A stretch of 64,000 nucleotides of DNA from the IMG/VR virus record IMGVR_UViG_3300037247_001786, positions 64,001-128,000 of that record. One strand, written 5' to 3'. The translations under genes and the position numbers were made by a program. How positions within the stretch are numbered: the first letter of the stretch is position 1; the number at the start of each line of letters is the position of its first letter. The notes under the pieces were generated by a model. It saw only the letters and a program-made list of their open reading frames with translations, was not told the origin of the DNA and searched no databases. This document shows, piece after piece, positions 26,019 to 36,234 of this stretch. This stretch comes from a virus (lineage: Duplodnaviria; Caudoviricetes).

Positions 26019-27563
26019 TTGGGCAAATATATAAATAATATAGATATGGCAGATACACCCATCCCAAAACCAAGAGAAACGTTTTTTGTAACAAATGTTG
26101 CAAATTTTGATATAAAAATAACAGATATTCCATCTATCCCAGTTATTAAACCGGGACAAAGAATAGATCTATTAGTATATGCTCGTAGAACCATAGTTAG
26201 CTCATCTACGGTCGTTACTAGATCTATTACTAACGGATTTTTATTAGCAGAAGAATTTGTACATACTCATGATGATAAGTCTGATACTGGACATACTCAT
26301 AAATTAAATGAGATAACAGACGTAACCGCCTCTACTGAAGAATTAACTCAACTAACCAATGGTAGCGATGCCGATGATTTACATATTCATGGCAATAGTT
26401 TAGATAGTGACCATTTAACAGATTTTGATCATGATAATATCTCTAATAATACAGACAAAAGGCACGATGAAGCCCATACTATAGTAAGCCATAGCGACAC
26501 ATCGGCTACAGGCACAGAATTAAATACCTTAACAAATGGTAATAACGCCGATGCTTTACATGTTCATAATTTAACGACTAATGTAGATCATAATTCTATA
26601 ACTAATACTCATAATTTAACAACTAATATAAACCATAATTCAATAACTAATGCTCATAATTTAACAACTAATATAAATCATAACTCTATAACTAATGCAC
26701 ATAACTTAACAACTGATATAGACCACAACTCTCTTTATAATTTTATAGCAAATAAACATATTGATTGGACGAATGCAACCCAAAATTTATTAACTACAGG
26801 AGACATCTCTATTAATTCTAACTCTTCTAGATTATATTTTGGAGAAAATCAAGAATCTTCCATCTATTTTGATGGAATAAATTTAAATATAACTCTTGAT
26901 GAGCCTTCTTCGGGAGGAGTAATAAATTTACAAGATGATGTTCATTTAATTTCAGATTTAGTCTTTGCAAAAGAAAGTGGAAATGGAATAAAGATAGACA
27001 CATCTGACCCTAGTTATGGATGGGCAGACATGATAGGAAATATCACATATCGTGGCGTCGGACCAACTGATCCATCTCTTTCTGTTTATATAACTAATAT
27101 TAGACAATATCAATTTGCTGTTAATGACGAAACCTGGATAGAATTTCATATTCCCCACGATTATGTAGAGGGGACAGATATCTATATTCATGCTCACTGG
27201 AGCCATATCGCAGGAGGAGTTACAGGAGGAAGCGTAACTTGGGGGTTTAATATAGCCTATGCGAAAGGGCATGACCAAGCGGCATTTAATTCTACAACTG
27301 TCGATACAACTGTTGTTGGTAATGCGAACACAACTCCATATCAACATATAATAACAGAAATTAAGATTTCGGGGGTCTCGCCTGCAGCATCTGAAATAGA
27401 TACAAATGATATAGAAGTTGATGGATTAGTATTAGTAAGGGCATACTTAAGTTCAAATGATATGACTGGAGCTACCCCTGACCCATTTTTGCACTTTGTC
27501 GATATCCATTACCAATCTACAGGCATTGGAACGAAACAAAAAGCTCCAGATTTTTACATTTAA
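26019..27563 (+). CDS. Putative fibre/virion protein with His-rich repeats (probable start 26046)
   Basis: LTNG..AD.LH.H repeats, four 15-aa HNLTT..HNSITN repeats and a beta-rich C-terminal domain (YGWADM...IEFHIPHDY). Confidence 0.6.
   Translation: MGKYINNIDMADTPIPKPRETFFVTNVANFDIKITDIPSIPVIKPGQRIDLLVYARRTIVSSSTVVTRSITNGFLLAEEFVHTHDDKSDTGHTHKLNEITDVTASTEELTQLTNGSDADDLHIHGNSLDSDHLTDFDHDNISNNTDKRHDEAHTIVSHSDTSATGTELNTLTNGNNADALHVHNLTTNVDHNSITNTHNLTTNINHNSITNAHNLTTNINHNSITNAHNLTTDIDHNSLYNFIANKHIDWTNATQNLLTTGDISINSNSSRLYFGENQESSIYFDGINLNITLDEPSSGGVINLQDDVHLISDLVFAKESGNGIKIDTSDPSYGWADMIGNITYRGVGPTDPSLSVYITNIRQYQFAVNDETWIEFHIPHDYVEGTDIYIHAHWSHIAGGVTGGSVTWGFNIAYAKGHDQAAFNSTTVDTTVVGNANTTPYQHIITEIKISGVSPAASEIDTNDIEVDGLVLVRAYLSSNDMTGATPDPFLHFVDIHYQSTGIGTKQKAPDFYI
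26565..26732 (+). repeat. 45-bp in-frame tandem repeat (~4 copies)
   Basis: cataatttaacaactaatataaa(c/t)cataa(t/c)tc...actaat units. Confidence 0.85.
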
Positions 27564-27664
27564 AAAATAAAAAAGGATTTTCAAAGAAATCTTAAAATAA
27601 TACTTATACGCACAATGTGCAGGAAATGAAAAATAAAATTATTGATTAAAAAAGGAGAATAATA

Positions 27665-28150
27665 ATGGCTGTTACTATTCCTAGCGACAAGGGGAAACCA
27701 GGACTTCCTCAATTTCAACTAACTGGTAACCAAATTACTAGCGAGAACCCACAGGCAACTACTGCTTTATCAAGCTCGACAATTGATGCTTGGGTAGTTA
27801 AGAGTGGAAACGACTTTACCCAACAAGACGTTATACTGATGAGTCAGACTGTTACGGTTGGCATTATCGATGCTGCAGGCGGAGGAAACTCTATCCCTAC
27901 ATATAGCACTGCTGGCGATTTTACTGGCGGAAAACCGTTTACCAACAATACAATTGGTGGCAATTTCGAAATATATTACACTCTAAATGGCAAAGACCCT
28001 GTAAGAACAAAGGCTTACTTATATACAGGTACTTTTGTTTTATCAGATAACAAATCCGGCTCAGATAATACAATTATTAAAGCAAGAAGTTATTTGAATG
28101 GTTTAGCAAGCGATGTTGCTAAAATAGAGTTAAGAATTGCCGGAGTTTAA
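27665..28150 (+). CDS. Protein with a C-terminal Fn3-like (chitobiase/hexosaminidase C-terminal type) domain
   Basis: AGGAG SD; IYYTLNGKDP...YLYTGTFVL...TIIKARSY. Confidence 0.6.
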   Translation: MAVTIPSDKGKPGLPQFQLTGNQITSENPQATTALSSSTIDAWVVKSGNDFTQQDVILMSQTVTVGIIDAAGGGNSIPTYSTAGDFTGGKPFTNNTIGGNFEIYYTLNGKDPVRTKAYLYTGTFVLSDNKSGSDNTIIKARSYLNGLASDVAKIELRIAGV

Positions 28151-28265
28151 CCTTTAAGGAAAATTAACTATGTTTAATCTACTTATAGGAAAAATAGGCT
28201 GGAATAAAATCAACAATATTGTTGATGATATTAATTAGTCTACGCAAAAAATAATAGTTTAATAG

Positions 28266-28298
28266 AAAGTCCACTTTTTTACAGAGTGGACTTTTTTT
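28266..28298 (+). terminator. Rho-independent terminator
   Basis: AAAGTCCACT...AGTGGACTTT followed by a T-run. Confidence 0.8.
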
Positions 28299-28353
28299 AT
28301 GTAAAAATTCGATATATAACTGTTAGATATTAAAAGATAGACAGGAGAAAAAG

Positions 28354-29034
28354 ATGATAATATTTGTAGATGTTAATTTAAGAGAGATTCACGTGTACGC
28401 AGAGGATGGATTAAAAAAAATAGCATTCCATAACGCACATACACTTGAGTCTGTAATTGGCAATAAAAAAGTTAGATACATTACCAATATAGTAGAAACT
28501 ACTCCAAATGAAATAGCTAATTTAGTCAGAGGGATATCTGGGCAACAACCCCTTACTACGCAAACACAAAGAACGATAGGACCAGATTTAGATGTTATAA
28601 TAAAAACAGAGTATCTTCATTCTATCTCAAAAGGAACTCTCCTAGTGTCAGATCTAGGAATAAGATTTGACGGATCAGCAGATTGTAAACCTTTTAATGA
28701 AAAGATGAAAGAACAAATTAAACAGTCTCCGATTATGAGAAATCTTATTAAAAAAGGAACTCTCGAAATTGTCGGAGAGCAAAGAAAAAATGAACTTTTA
28801 ATAGATAATAGAAAAGATCAAACAAAACAACTACAGAGACAATCGGCTAGGGACGCATCATTAGATGCAATAATTATGAAAGAAAAAGTAGGAGACTGGG
28901 ATGGGAATATAGGAATGTCAGACTCCGCAATAGAAATAAATATTAACCCAAGCAGAATAGGAGGAGGGTCAGCCGAGAGTCATGGGGCAGCTACTATGTC
29001 AGACTTGCAAGATATGATAGACGGAACGGCATAA
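28354..29034 (+). CDS. Hypothetical protein
   Basis: AGGAG SD; an internal segment resembles the N-terminal domain shared by three other genes. Confidence 0.6.
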   Translation: MIIFVDVNLREIHVYAEDGLKKIAFHNAHTLESVIGNKKVRYITNIVETTPNEIANLVRGISGQQPLTTQTQRTIGPDLDVIIKTEYLHSISKGTLLVSDLGIRFDGSADCKPFNEKMKEQIKQSPIMRNLIKKGTLEIVGEQRKNELLIDNRKDQTKQLQRQSARDASLDAIIMKEKVGDWDGNIGMSDSAIEININPSRIGGGSAESHGAATMSDLQDMIDGTA

Positions 29035-29035
29035 T

Positions 29036-29767
29036 ATGAAAATACTTATAACAAATTTCGGAACAGTAGTAGATAATATAGCATCTTCTAGCGTGTTAAA
29101 AAGGCTTAAAGGGAGAGTAGAGTCCCCCGATATAACATGGTGCGTTAAACAAAAAGATCACAAAAATATCTTTAAATATAATAAATCTATCAATAAGGTC
29201 ATATCACTAGAAGAACTAATTAGTCTAGAAGAGACATTCGATCTCCTTATCAATCTTAACCCGTTTTTACCTCATAAAATATGTAACAAAATAAAAATAA
29301 TAGATACATTAGGTTTTGGATTTAATGAGGAAAATAAATCCTTCGAGACAGTAATAGAGGGAGATAAAGAACTTGTAGGGATGAATGTCTTCCAGATGTA
29401 TTATAAGCTCGCTGGAATGACCTGGAAGGGAGAAGGGTACGATATAGGGTACAATCCTAGAAGCCGCTCAAAGAAGAATAGGGCAGGAGTAGCTGTCGCA
29501 CATGCTAATTTAAGAAACTACCTTTCAGAAGAACTAGATTTAGATTCCATGAAATTATGGCACATACCATATAAAAAAAATATATTTAAAAAAATGGACG
29601 AAATTAATAGATGCTCTAAAATAGTAACTGACGATATGCTAACATTACACCTAGCGGTCTCTCTAAGAAAATATGTTTACTTCTTAAAAACCTCTTCTAC
29701 AAATACAAAATTAGAATTATTTGGAAATGGGGAGATATACGAAGTACCTAAAAAAATATTCAAATAA
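29036..29767 (+). CDS. Glycosyltransferase family 9 (heptosyltransferase)-like protein
   Basis: MKILIT.FG.V.D.I....V...LK, FDLLINL and CSKIVTDDMLTLHLAVSL (GT9 vgnDsg..HlA pattern, divergent). Confidence 0.6.
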   Translation: MKILITNFGTVVDNIASSSVLKRLKGRVESPDITWCVKQKDHKNIFKYNKSINKVISLEELISLEETFDLLINLNPFLPHKICNKIKIIDTLGFGFNEENKSFETVIEGDKELVGMNVFQMYYKLAGMTWKGEGYDIGYNPRSRSKKNRAGVAVAHANLRNYLSEELDLDSMKLWHIPYKKNIFKKMDEINRCSKIVTDDMLTLHLAVSLRKYVYFLKTSSTNTKLELFGNGEIYEVPKKIFK

Positions 29768-29782
29768 CTACAAAGGACATAT

Positions 29783-30619
29783 ATGCATTTTAAAATGAAT
29801 AGAAGAAACGATACAGAATTTATTAATATCAATGAATTAAAAAAGAAACAAATAGTTGATAAAATACCAGAACCTATTATCTATTCTCCAGAAGACTATG
29901 GAATCTCCGCAAAATATACAGGAGAAAAAGTGAAAATACTTATCATAGATTCAGGAGTGCCAACTCATAAAAATATTAAAAATAAAAAAGAATCACATAA
30001 TTTCGCAGACGAAAATGGAGAAACAAACGACGATACAGGACACTCCACTATAGTCTCCGGACTAATAGGCTCAAAAAATAAACAATCACTCATAGGAATA
30101 GCTTACAACTCTGAACTATTATTCGCAAAAATTATAAACAATAAAGGAGATAGCGACTACAACTCAATAGTCTCCTCTATATTGTGGGGAGTAGTCGAAG
30201 ATGTTGATATTATCGTTATGGCTCTAGGATCACAATATGACTATAAAATATTACATGATGCTATTATAAAAGCACGCAATAGGGGAATATGTATCTTCGC
30301 TGCCGCCGGAAACCATATAAACGAAGAAGGAAGCGAAATAAACTACCCAGCAAGATACCCCGAAGTCTTCTCTGTAGGAAACCTAACAAGATCAAAAAAA
30401 ACCAATCTTAAAATACTCGAAAAAGTTGACTTCGCTATCAAAAATAAAATGACATATTCCACTTATTTAAAAAATAAATATGTTAAAACTAGCGGATCAA
30501 GCATCGCAACAGCTATAGTGGCAGGGATAGGATCAATACTTATAGAAAAAAATAAAAGAACAAGTAAAAAAAATATGCCAACAAAAATCTACACTGAACT
30601 ACAAAAAATAATAGGATAA
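29783..30619 (+). CDS. Subtilisin-like serine protease (S8)
   Basis: IIDSG (Asp), GHST (His), AAGN (oxyanion Asn) and SGSSIA (Ser). Confidence 0.8.
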   Translation: MHFKMNRRNDTEFININELKKKQIVDKIPEPIIYSPEDYGISAKYTGEKVKILIIDSGVPTHKNIKNKKESHNFADENGETNDDTGHSTIVSGLIGSKNKQSLIGIAYNSELLFAKIINNKGDSDYNSIVSSILWGVVEDVDIIVMALGSQYDYKILHDAIIKARNRGICIFAAAGNHINEEGSEINYPARYPEVFSVGNLTRSKKTNLKILEKVDFAIKNKMTYSTYLKNKYVKTSGSSIATAIVAGIGSILIEKNKRTSKKNMPTKIYTELQKIIG

Positions 30620-30694
30620 GATAACAAATCAAGGACTATTTGCCAAAAAATAGAATATGATTTTAAAGCTATATATTTTAAAAGGATACCTATT

Positions 30695-31120
30695 ATGGCA
30701 GATAATGACATAGTTAAAAAAGATATTTGCGAAGAAAAACATAAATCAATTAAAACTGAAATAGTTGGACTAAAAGCAAATATAACAACTTCAAAAGAAT
30801 CACTCAGCAATAGACTAGACGAAGTCGATATCGCATTACTAGGAGATAGAACCGACCCAGGAGGACTACTTAGAGATATTATAGAAATAGAAAAAGAACT
30901 AAAAGCACATCAAGAAAAAGTGACCAAAGAACTAAGAAAACAAAATAACAAAATATATGTAGGACTAATAATACTAGCCCTAATATTCGGAGGAAAATTC
31001 CTGGGAGTAAGTATCGATACTATTAAAAACTTCTTCGAAACAAAAACAACTATTAAAAATGTACAACCAGAAAAAATAGAATTCGTATACGATATCCCTA
31101 CATGGGAGGAAAATAAATAA
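30695..31120 (+). CDS. Coiled-coil protein with one C-terminal TM segment
   Basis: IYVGLIILALIFGG hydrophobic segment after a coiled coil. Confidence 0.55.
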   Translation: MADNDIVKKDICEEKHKSIKTEIVGLKANITTSKESLSNRLDEVDIALLGDRTDPGGLLRDIIEIEKELKAHQEKVTKELRKQNNKIYVGLIILALIFGGKFLGVSIDTIKNFFETKTTIKNVQPEKIEFVYDIPTWEENK

Positions 31121-32118
31121 TGCCTACAATTACAGCAGTTACAGATAAAAGAGGGAGATTCAGACAAAACGATTGGGGAGTACTAATGCTAGCAATAACT
31201 GATAGCCACGGAAACCCAAGAGATGCCGAAGATATCTCCATAAGAATATATCAAGGATCAGATACAGTCGATTTTGATTCAGATATACCAATGCAAGTAG
31301 ATGACGGAAATTATGTATTCGAATGGGACATAGATGCAGACCAATCTACAGGAGAATATACCGCAGATTGGATGTTCACTGTAAATGATGCAGACTATAC
31401 AGAAACACAAACCTTTATCGTACATCCAGGATCAGATACCTCTTCAGCAGATATACTATATAATGAAAGATTAATAGCATTTAGAGAAGGACTAGAAAAG
31501 TTAATTATATGTGCTCAACAAATACCTGTGTATTTCGAACAAGCTAAACCATCTTTTGATAGAAAAAAATTCTCATTCTCTTATGGAAGATGGAACCAGT
31601 CACAAAGAGTTAAAGTATATAGAAATAAAAAAATTATGACCGAGGGAGTAGAAGTTAATTACTTTAAAGGAACAATAACTTTTGATGAAGAAATACTACC
31701 ACAAGATATTGTTAATGTAGATTATGACTTCAGATGGTTCACTGATGAGGAACTAGATGCATTCTTAAATAATTCACTTATGGCTTTTAATAGCTTCCCA
31801 CCTGTACAAGGATTTAATCTAATGAATGTACCAGCTATCCATATGCCAGTTATATTATATGGAGCAGCGAAAGATGCTATAAGACAAATAATGATGTGCC
31901 TTATGTTCCAAGAACCACAACAAGTATTTGGAGGACCAGAAAATGCACAAAAAGCATTCGGACAAATGGAAACTCTAAAACAAAATTATGAAAAAGATTG
32001 GGACAAATTGACCGAAGTTAAAAAATATGGAAGATATCCAAAAATGCATATGGTCGTAGTCCCAGAATATACGTTGCCTGGGGGTAGATCGAGATGGTTT
32101 CGTTATTTGTTTAAATAA
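31120..32118 (+). CDS. Putative neck/head-completion protein with N-terminal Ig-like domain
   Basis: GEYTADWMFTV Ig-like strand; FRWFTDEELDAFLN helix typical of head-tail adaptors. The function is inferred. Confidence 0.5.
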   Translation: MPTITAVTDKRGRFRQNDWGVLMLAITDSHGNPRDAEDISIRIYQGSDTVDFDSDIPMQVDDGNYVFEWDIDADQSTGEYTADWMFTVNDADYTETQTFIVHPGSDTSSADILYNERLIAFREGLEKLIICAQQIPVYFEQAKPSFDRKKFSFSYGRWNQSQRVKVYRNKKIMTEGVEVNYFKGTITFDEEILPQDIVNVDYDFRWFTDEELDAFLNNSLMAFNSFPPVQGFNLMNVPAIHMPVILYGAAKDAIRQIMMCLMFQEPQQVFGGPENAQKAFGQMETLKQNYEKDWDKLTEVKKYGRYPKMHMVVVPEYTLPGGRSRWFRYLFK

Positions 32119-32187
32119 CAGAAGTCCAGAATATAATTTTTATAAAAATAAAGGAATACTTCTTTTAATTCCGAATTATAATAGAAG

Positions 32188-32210
32188 AGTGATTATATTT
32201 ATAGTATAAT
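32188..32210 (+). promoter_or_regulatory. AGTGATT-N10-TATAAT promoter for the LAGLIDADG gene
   Basis: Same motif and spacing as other copies in the window. Confidence 0.65.
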
Positions 32211-32244
32211 CTAAATTATAATTTAATTAAAAGGAGTATTTTTT

Positions 32245-33279
32245 ATGGAACAAGTAAAAAGAGACCCAACAAAAGCAGCGAAAGCAAAAATCAAAAAAAT
32301 GTTATCTAAATACAATTGGATAATAGCGGAGCCGTATTACGACACAGTAATAGACAATGGCTCAACGGGTAAAAGTAAGACATTTATAACGCTTAGACAG
32401 TTTAAGGAGCGTATAGACGAAGGACAAAGCCTTAAAGCAATGAAGGGAGAAGGAGTCTCAAAACACTTAATCCAATTCTTTAGTAATTTTCTTCAAGGTA
32501 AGATTAAATTAACAAAATCAGATTTCGAAGATAGATATAATGAAGGAAAAGAGCTAGACGAAATTTGTGCCGAATTTAATGTCCAACGAGGAGACCTTAC
32601 TTATCTTCGGCAACTTTATGGAATTAAAAGAAAAGGGGCAACTTTTATTAAGAGAAAAAAAACAGAAGAACCTCTTACCCAAATTCAAAAAGATCTTATC
32701 TATGGTTCTTTGATGGGAGACGCAAAATCCCAGAATAATAAGTGGAATACTTCAGTCGGTTTTGGGCACGGGCGAACACAAAAAGAGTATGTAGAATGGA
32801 AGCACTCTTTACTGAAGAATATTTCTACTCCAAAAGGTATAACTAAATATTCTTACTATGACGAAAGATATAAAAAAGATTACGATACATATAGATTTTA
32901 TACTCTCGCTAATTCCGACGTTGAAGAGATATTGCATAAGTTCTATACCAGTGACGGAAAACAAATTAACAACGATATCTTAGATCATTTATCTGCTTTT
33001 TCTATTGCTGTTTGGTATATGGATGACGGATATGCAGATAAAGGGAAATACGGAATAACTAATTATATCTTTTGTACTGACTCTTTCTCCTCTGAATCCT
33101 GTGACAATATAGTTAAATGGTTCGATGAAAAATGGGGGATTAAATCCCATAAGAGAGAGCGTCAACTAAGTGATAGAATAGGATATCGAATTGTTATTAG
33201 GGCAGAATCGAGAGATAGATTCATTTCTCTAGTCGAACCTCACCTCATTCCGTCGCTTCGATACAAAATAGAATTGTAA
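32245..33279 (+). mobile_element. Free-standing LAGLIDADG homing endonuclease
   Basis: LIYGSLMGDA and SIAVWYMDDG helices; FCTDSF; ends LIPSLRYKIEL. Confidence 0.85.
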
Positions 33280-33302
33280 AGTGATTAATCTTCAAGTAAA
33301 AT
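33274..33302 (+). promoter_or_regulatory. Sigma70-like promoter with AGTGATT box
   Basis: TTGTAA-AGTGATT-N10-TAAAAT overlapping the HEG stop codon. Confidence 0.65.
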
Positions 33303-33333
33303 AGTATCTTTAATATTATCAGTAAAGGAAACT

Positions 33334-33894
33334 ATGATTATTAGTGCTTTTGTATTTGGGATTATTAACAGCGTGGTATCTACAATTATCATCTCTATTG
33401 TGGTTTATTGTTATCTTCGTTTTAAAAATTATATAAGGATTAACTCTATCATTAACATAATCAATAGAGAAAGTACAGGGAGTGGAGTCCCTAGAGACAA
33501 AAATGACAGATTAATTGTTGGAGATGTCCAATGTCATATTTCGGAAAATAGAAGCTTAGAGTTTTTTAGTGTAAAAATAAAAAATATTACGTTATATACG
33601 GACGAAGGAGGTGCTCGCCGAGATAGGGAGCCTCCTCCAAAAGTTATAGATATTTCATCTTTAGGCGTTCAAAGTATATCTACTCCCTTAAATAAACTTA
33701 ATAATAACAGGTGGGGATTAATGACTCTTAACGAGATAAAATGTTGTCCTGGTTTTTATAGTAGATTTAAATGCGTGTGTTTTGATATAGATTATATTGA
33801 TACATACGGTCAGTGCCAATTTGGATTTGTATTATTAAATAAAGAAAAATCTAAAAAAATGATAGACCACTTATCTTCTACCGATTTTCTTTAA
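33334..33894 (+). CDS. N-terminally membrane-anchored hypothetical protein
   Basis: Hydrophobic first ~28 aa; has its own promoter and terminator (moron-like). Confidence 0.6.
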   Translation: MIISAFVFGIINSVVSTIIISIVVYCYLRFKNYIRINSIINIINRESTGSGVPRDKNDRLIVGDVQCHISENRSLEFFSVKIKNITLYTDEGGARRDREPPPKVIDISSLGVQSISTPLNKLNNNRWGLMTLNEIKCCPGFYSRFKCVCFDIDYIDTYGQCQFGFVLLNKEKSKKMIDHLSSTDFL

Positions 33895-33922
33895 CAAATA
33901 AGACTAACTAGCCCAAATTTTG

Positions 33923-33974
33923 CCCAAACCGTCAAAAGTTTGGGCTTTTTTAGTGATTTAATTTCTGTTAAGAT
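33923..33974 (+). terminator. Terminator fused to an AGTGATT promoter (cassette junction)
   Basis: GCCCAAAC-CGTCAAAA-GTTTGGGC-T6, then AGTGATT-N10-TAAGAT. Confidence 0.75.
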
Positions 33975-34168
33975 GAAGTGTTAAATTTAATGGAGAAGAT
34001 ATGAACAGAGAAAAGTTTTGGGCAAAAACTTTTATTTGTAGGAGATGTGGAAGTAGGAGTAGATGTAATAGTTACTGTTTAAAATTAACATGTTCTTGTG
34101 GATACGTCCTTTTTAGGAGCAAAAAGGCAAAAAGATTAGAGTTGTAGTGGTTAAATTGGAGAAATATA

Positions 34169-34600
34169 ATGAAGTTATTTTTTAGAACTAGAAGAGAAGA
34201 TTTAAAGCTATTAAATTTTATATTAGAAGAATTAGATTTTACCCAATTCGAGTTAAATTGTTTTGACGACAAAGAGAATTGTGTCATTCGGATGGAAGAC
34301 GCTTCTTTCCGCGATATTTTTAATTTTATGGATAATTTATTTTATAGTTATTCTGGTGCGGATGAAATTACGTTTCCTATGGGTTCTGTTTTAATATATC
34401 ATAAAAAAGATAGGAATATTTATATTGATTTTAAAGATTTCGAGGGGCAATCAGATATTCGTCCTTTTGATGAGGCGATTAATCCTGATTACGGATTAGA
34501 TATTGATGATTTTGACATTGATAGTGGTAATTATTTTATCGCTATAAAGTCGCCTGGTGGTTTTTATTGTTATCAATTATCTGGTGACCCTTATAAGTAA
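34169..34600 (+). CDS. Hypothetical protein
   Basis: GGAG SD; 143 aa. Confidence 0.6.
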   Translation: MKLFFRTRREDLKLLNFILEELDFTQFELNCFDDKENCVIRMEDASFRDIFNFMDNLFYSYSGADEITFPMGSVLIYHKKDRNIYIDFKDFEGQSDIRPFDEAINPDYGLDIDDFDIDSGNYFIAIKSPGGFYCYQLSGDPYK

Positions 34601-34628
34601 TTCCCAGTATGCGATACAAGATAGGCAA
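34600..34628 (+). repeat. 29-bp direct repeat, copy 1 (encodes IPSMRYKIG)
   Basis: ATTCCCAGTATGCGATACAAGATAGGCAA, identical to 36151-36179. Confidence 0.9.
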
Positions 34629-34638
34629 GTGATTTTCC

Positions 34639-34667
34639 TTTCAAAGTGATTATAGATTCACTATAAT
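34639..34667 (+). promoter_or_regulatory. AGTGATT-type promoter
   Basis: TTTCAA-AGTGATT-N10-TATAAT, followed by GAGGAGG SD. Confidence 0.7.
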
Positions 34668-34693
34668 ATGATCTTAATTTTGAGGAGGAAAAG

Positions 34694-36175
34694 GTGAGAG
34701 AGATATTAGATGATATAGATTTATTTGCGGCAAGTAGACAAGTAGTAGAATATATAATAGCCGGGAATGGAAAGCGAGGAAAATGCCTATCTATTACGCA
34801 TCCGGAAATTGCTAAAGAGTGGGATTTTACTAAAAATAAATTAACACCAAAAGAGGTTACTTATGGGACTAGTAAAAAAGTCTATTGGATTTGTCCTAAA
34901 GGTCATGAATTTGATGCGTTAATAAATAACAGGGCAAGAAGAGGCGATGGTTGTCCTTGTTGTTCTGGGCATAAAGTACATAAAGATAATTGTTTGGCTA
35001 CCCTTAGGCCCGATTTGGCTAAAGAATGGCATCCAACTTTAAACGATTTAACACCAGAAGAAGTTACTTGTGGTAACAATAAAAAAGTGTGGTGGATATG
35101 TCCTAAAGGACATGAATATGAGATAAAGATAAGCCATAGATGTTCGAGAAATCAGGGTTGTCATTATTGTTCTGGGAGGAAAGTTTGTCAAGACAATTGT
35201 TTGGCTACCCTTAGTCCCGATTTGGCTAAAGAATGGCATCCAACTTTAAACGATTTAACACCAGAAGAAGTTACTTGTGGTAGCAAGAAAAAAGTCTATT
35301 GGATTTGCCCTAAAGGGCATGAATATGACGCGACAATAAATAACAGGACTAACGGAGCTAATTGCTCCTATTGTTCCGGACAAAGAGTGCATAAAGATAA
35401 TTGTTTAGCTACTCTCAAACCCGATTTAGCTAAAGAATGGGATTTCATTAAAAATGATTTAACTCCAGAAGAAGTTACTTGTGGTAGCCCTAAAAAAGTC
35501 TATTGGATTTGTCCTAAAGGACATGAATATGACTCGACAATAAGTAGCAGGACTAACGGAACTAATTGCCCCTATTGTTCTGGACAAAGAGTTTGTCAAG
35601 ACAATTGTTTGGCTACCCTTAGGCCCGATTTGGCTAAAGAATGGCATCCAACTTTAAACGATTTAACACCAGAAGAAGTTACTTGCGGTAGCCCTAAAAA
35701 AGTGTGGTGGATATGCCCTAAAGGGCATGAATATGACGCATCTATATGGAAAAGGGCAAGGCGAAGGCAGGGGTGCCGTATCTGTTCCTATGGCAAATCT
35801 GAAAAAGAGGTAGGAGATATTTTAAAAATATATTTCGACAAGTGGAAAATTTTAAGACAGAAAAAAATATGGGATAGCTATAAAAGGTATAATCATAAAA
35901 GATATTGTGATTATTGGTTAGAGAGAAATGGGGCGAAAATTATGGTAGAATATGATGGCAGGCAACATTTTGAACCAGTTAGATTTGCAAATTTTTCTTG
36001 GAAAAAAGCACAAAAAAATCTTGAAAAAACTCAAATAAAAGACAAACTTGACGCAAAATTTTGCAAAGAGCATGGAATTATTCTTCATCGGATCAAATAT
36101 AATGAAGATAAAGAAGAGTCTATTAAGAGACTAAAAGCAAGTTTAGAGTTATTCCCAGTATGCGATACAAGATAG
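34694..36175 (+). CDS. Zinc-ribbon repeat (DUF4379-like x5) protein with C-terminal PD-(D/E)XK-like nuclease
   Basis: Five KEW....N.LTPEEVT.GS.KKV.W.CPKGHEY......R......C..C repeats; C-terminal CDYW...MVEYDGRQHF. Confidence 0.8.
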   Translation: MREILDDIDLFAASRQVVEYIIAGNGKRGKCLSITHPEIAKEWDFTKNKLTPKEVTYGTSKKVYWICPKGHEFDALINNRARRGDGCPCCSGHKVHKDNCLATLRPDLAKEWHPTLNDLTPEEVTCGNNKKVWWICPKGHEYEIKISHRCSRNQGCHYCSGRKVCQDNCLATLSPDLAKEWHPTLNDLTPEEVTCGSKKKVYWICPKGHEYDATINNRTNGANCSYCSGQRVHKDNCLATLKPDLAKEWDFIKNDLTPEEVTCGSPKKVYWICPKGHEYDSTISSRTNGTNCPYCSGQRVCQDNCLATLRPDLAKEWHPTLNDLTPEEVTCGSPKKVWWICPKGHEYDASIWKRARRRQGCRICSYGKSEKEVGDILKIYFDKWKILRQKKIWDSYKRYNHKRYCDYWLERNGAKIMVEYDGRQHFEPVRFANFSWKKAQKNLEKTQIKDKLDAKFCKEHGIILHRIKYNEDKEESIKRLKASLELFPVCDTR

Positions 36176-36234
36176 GCAAATAGAGGTTTTCTTTTATTTT
36201 CGCGGAATAAATAGTTATGAACTGGTATAAACAA
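36151..36234 (+). repeat. Junction repeat: 29-bp copy 2 and 75-bp copy 1
   Basis: 36160-36234 matches 37640-37714 at 74 of 75 positions. Confidence 0.9.

Noticed and set aside
32118-33279. Group I intron or intein housing the LAGLIDADG gene
   Set aside because: The upstream gene ends at its own stop, the HEG has its own promoter and SD, and no downstream exon or intron core could be identified.
34001-34137. Small ORF MNREKFW... with a possible frameshifted Cys-containing continuation
   Set aside because: Only 26 codons and no recognisable homology; a real mini-gene cannot be told from a decayed one.
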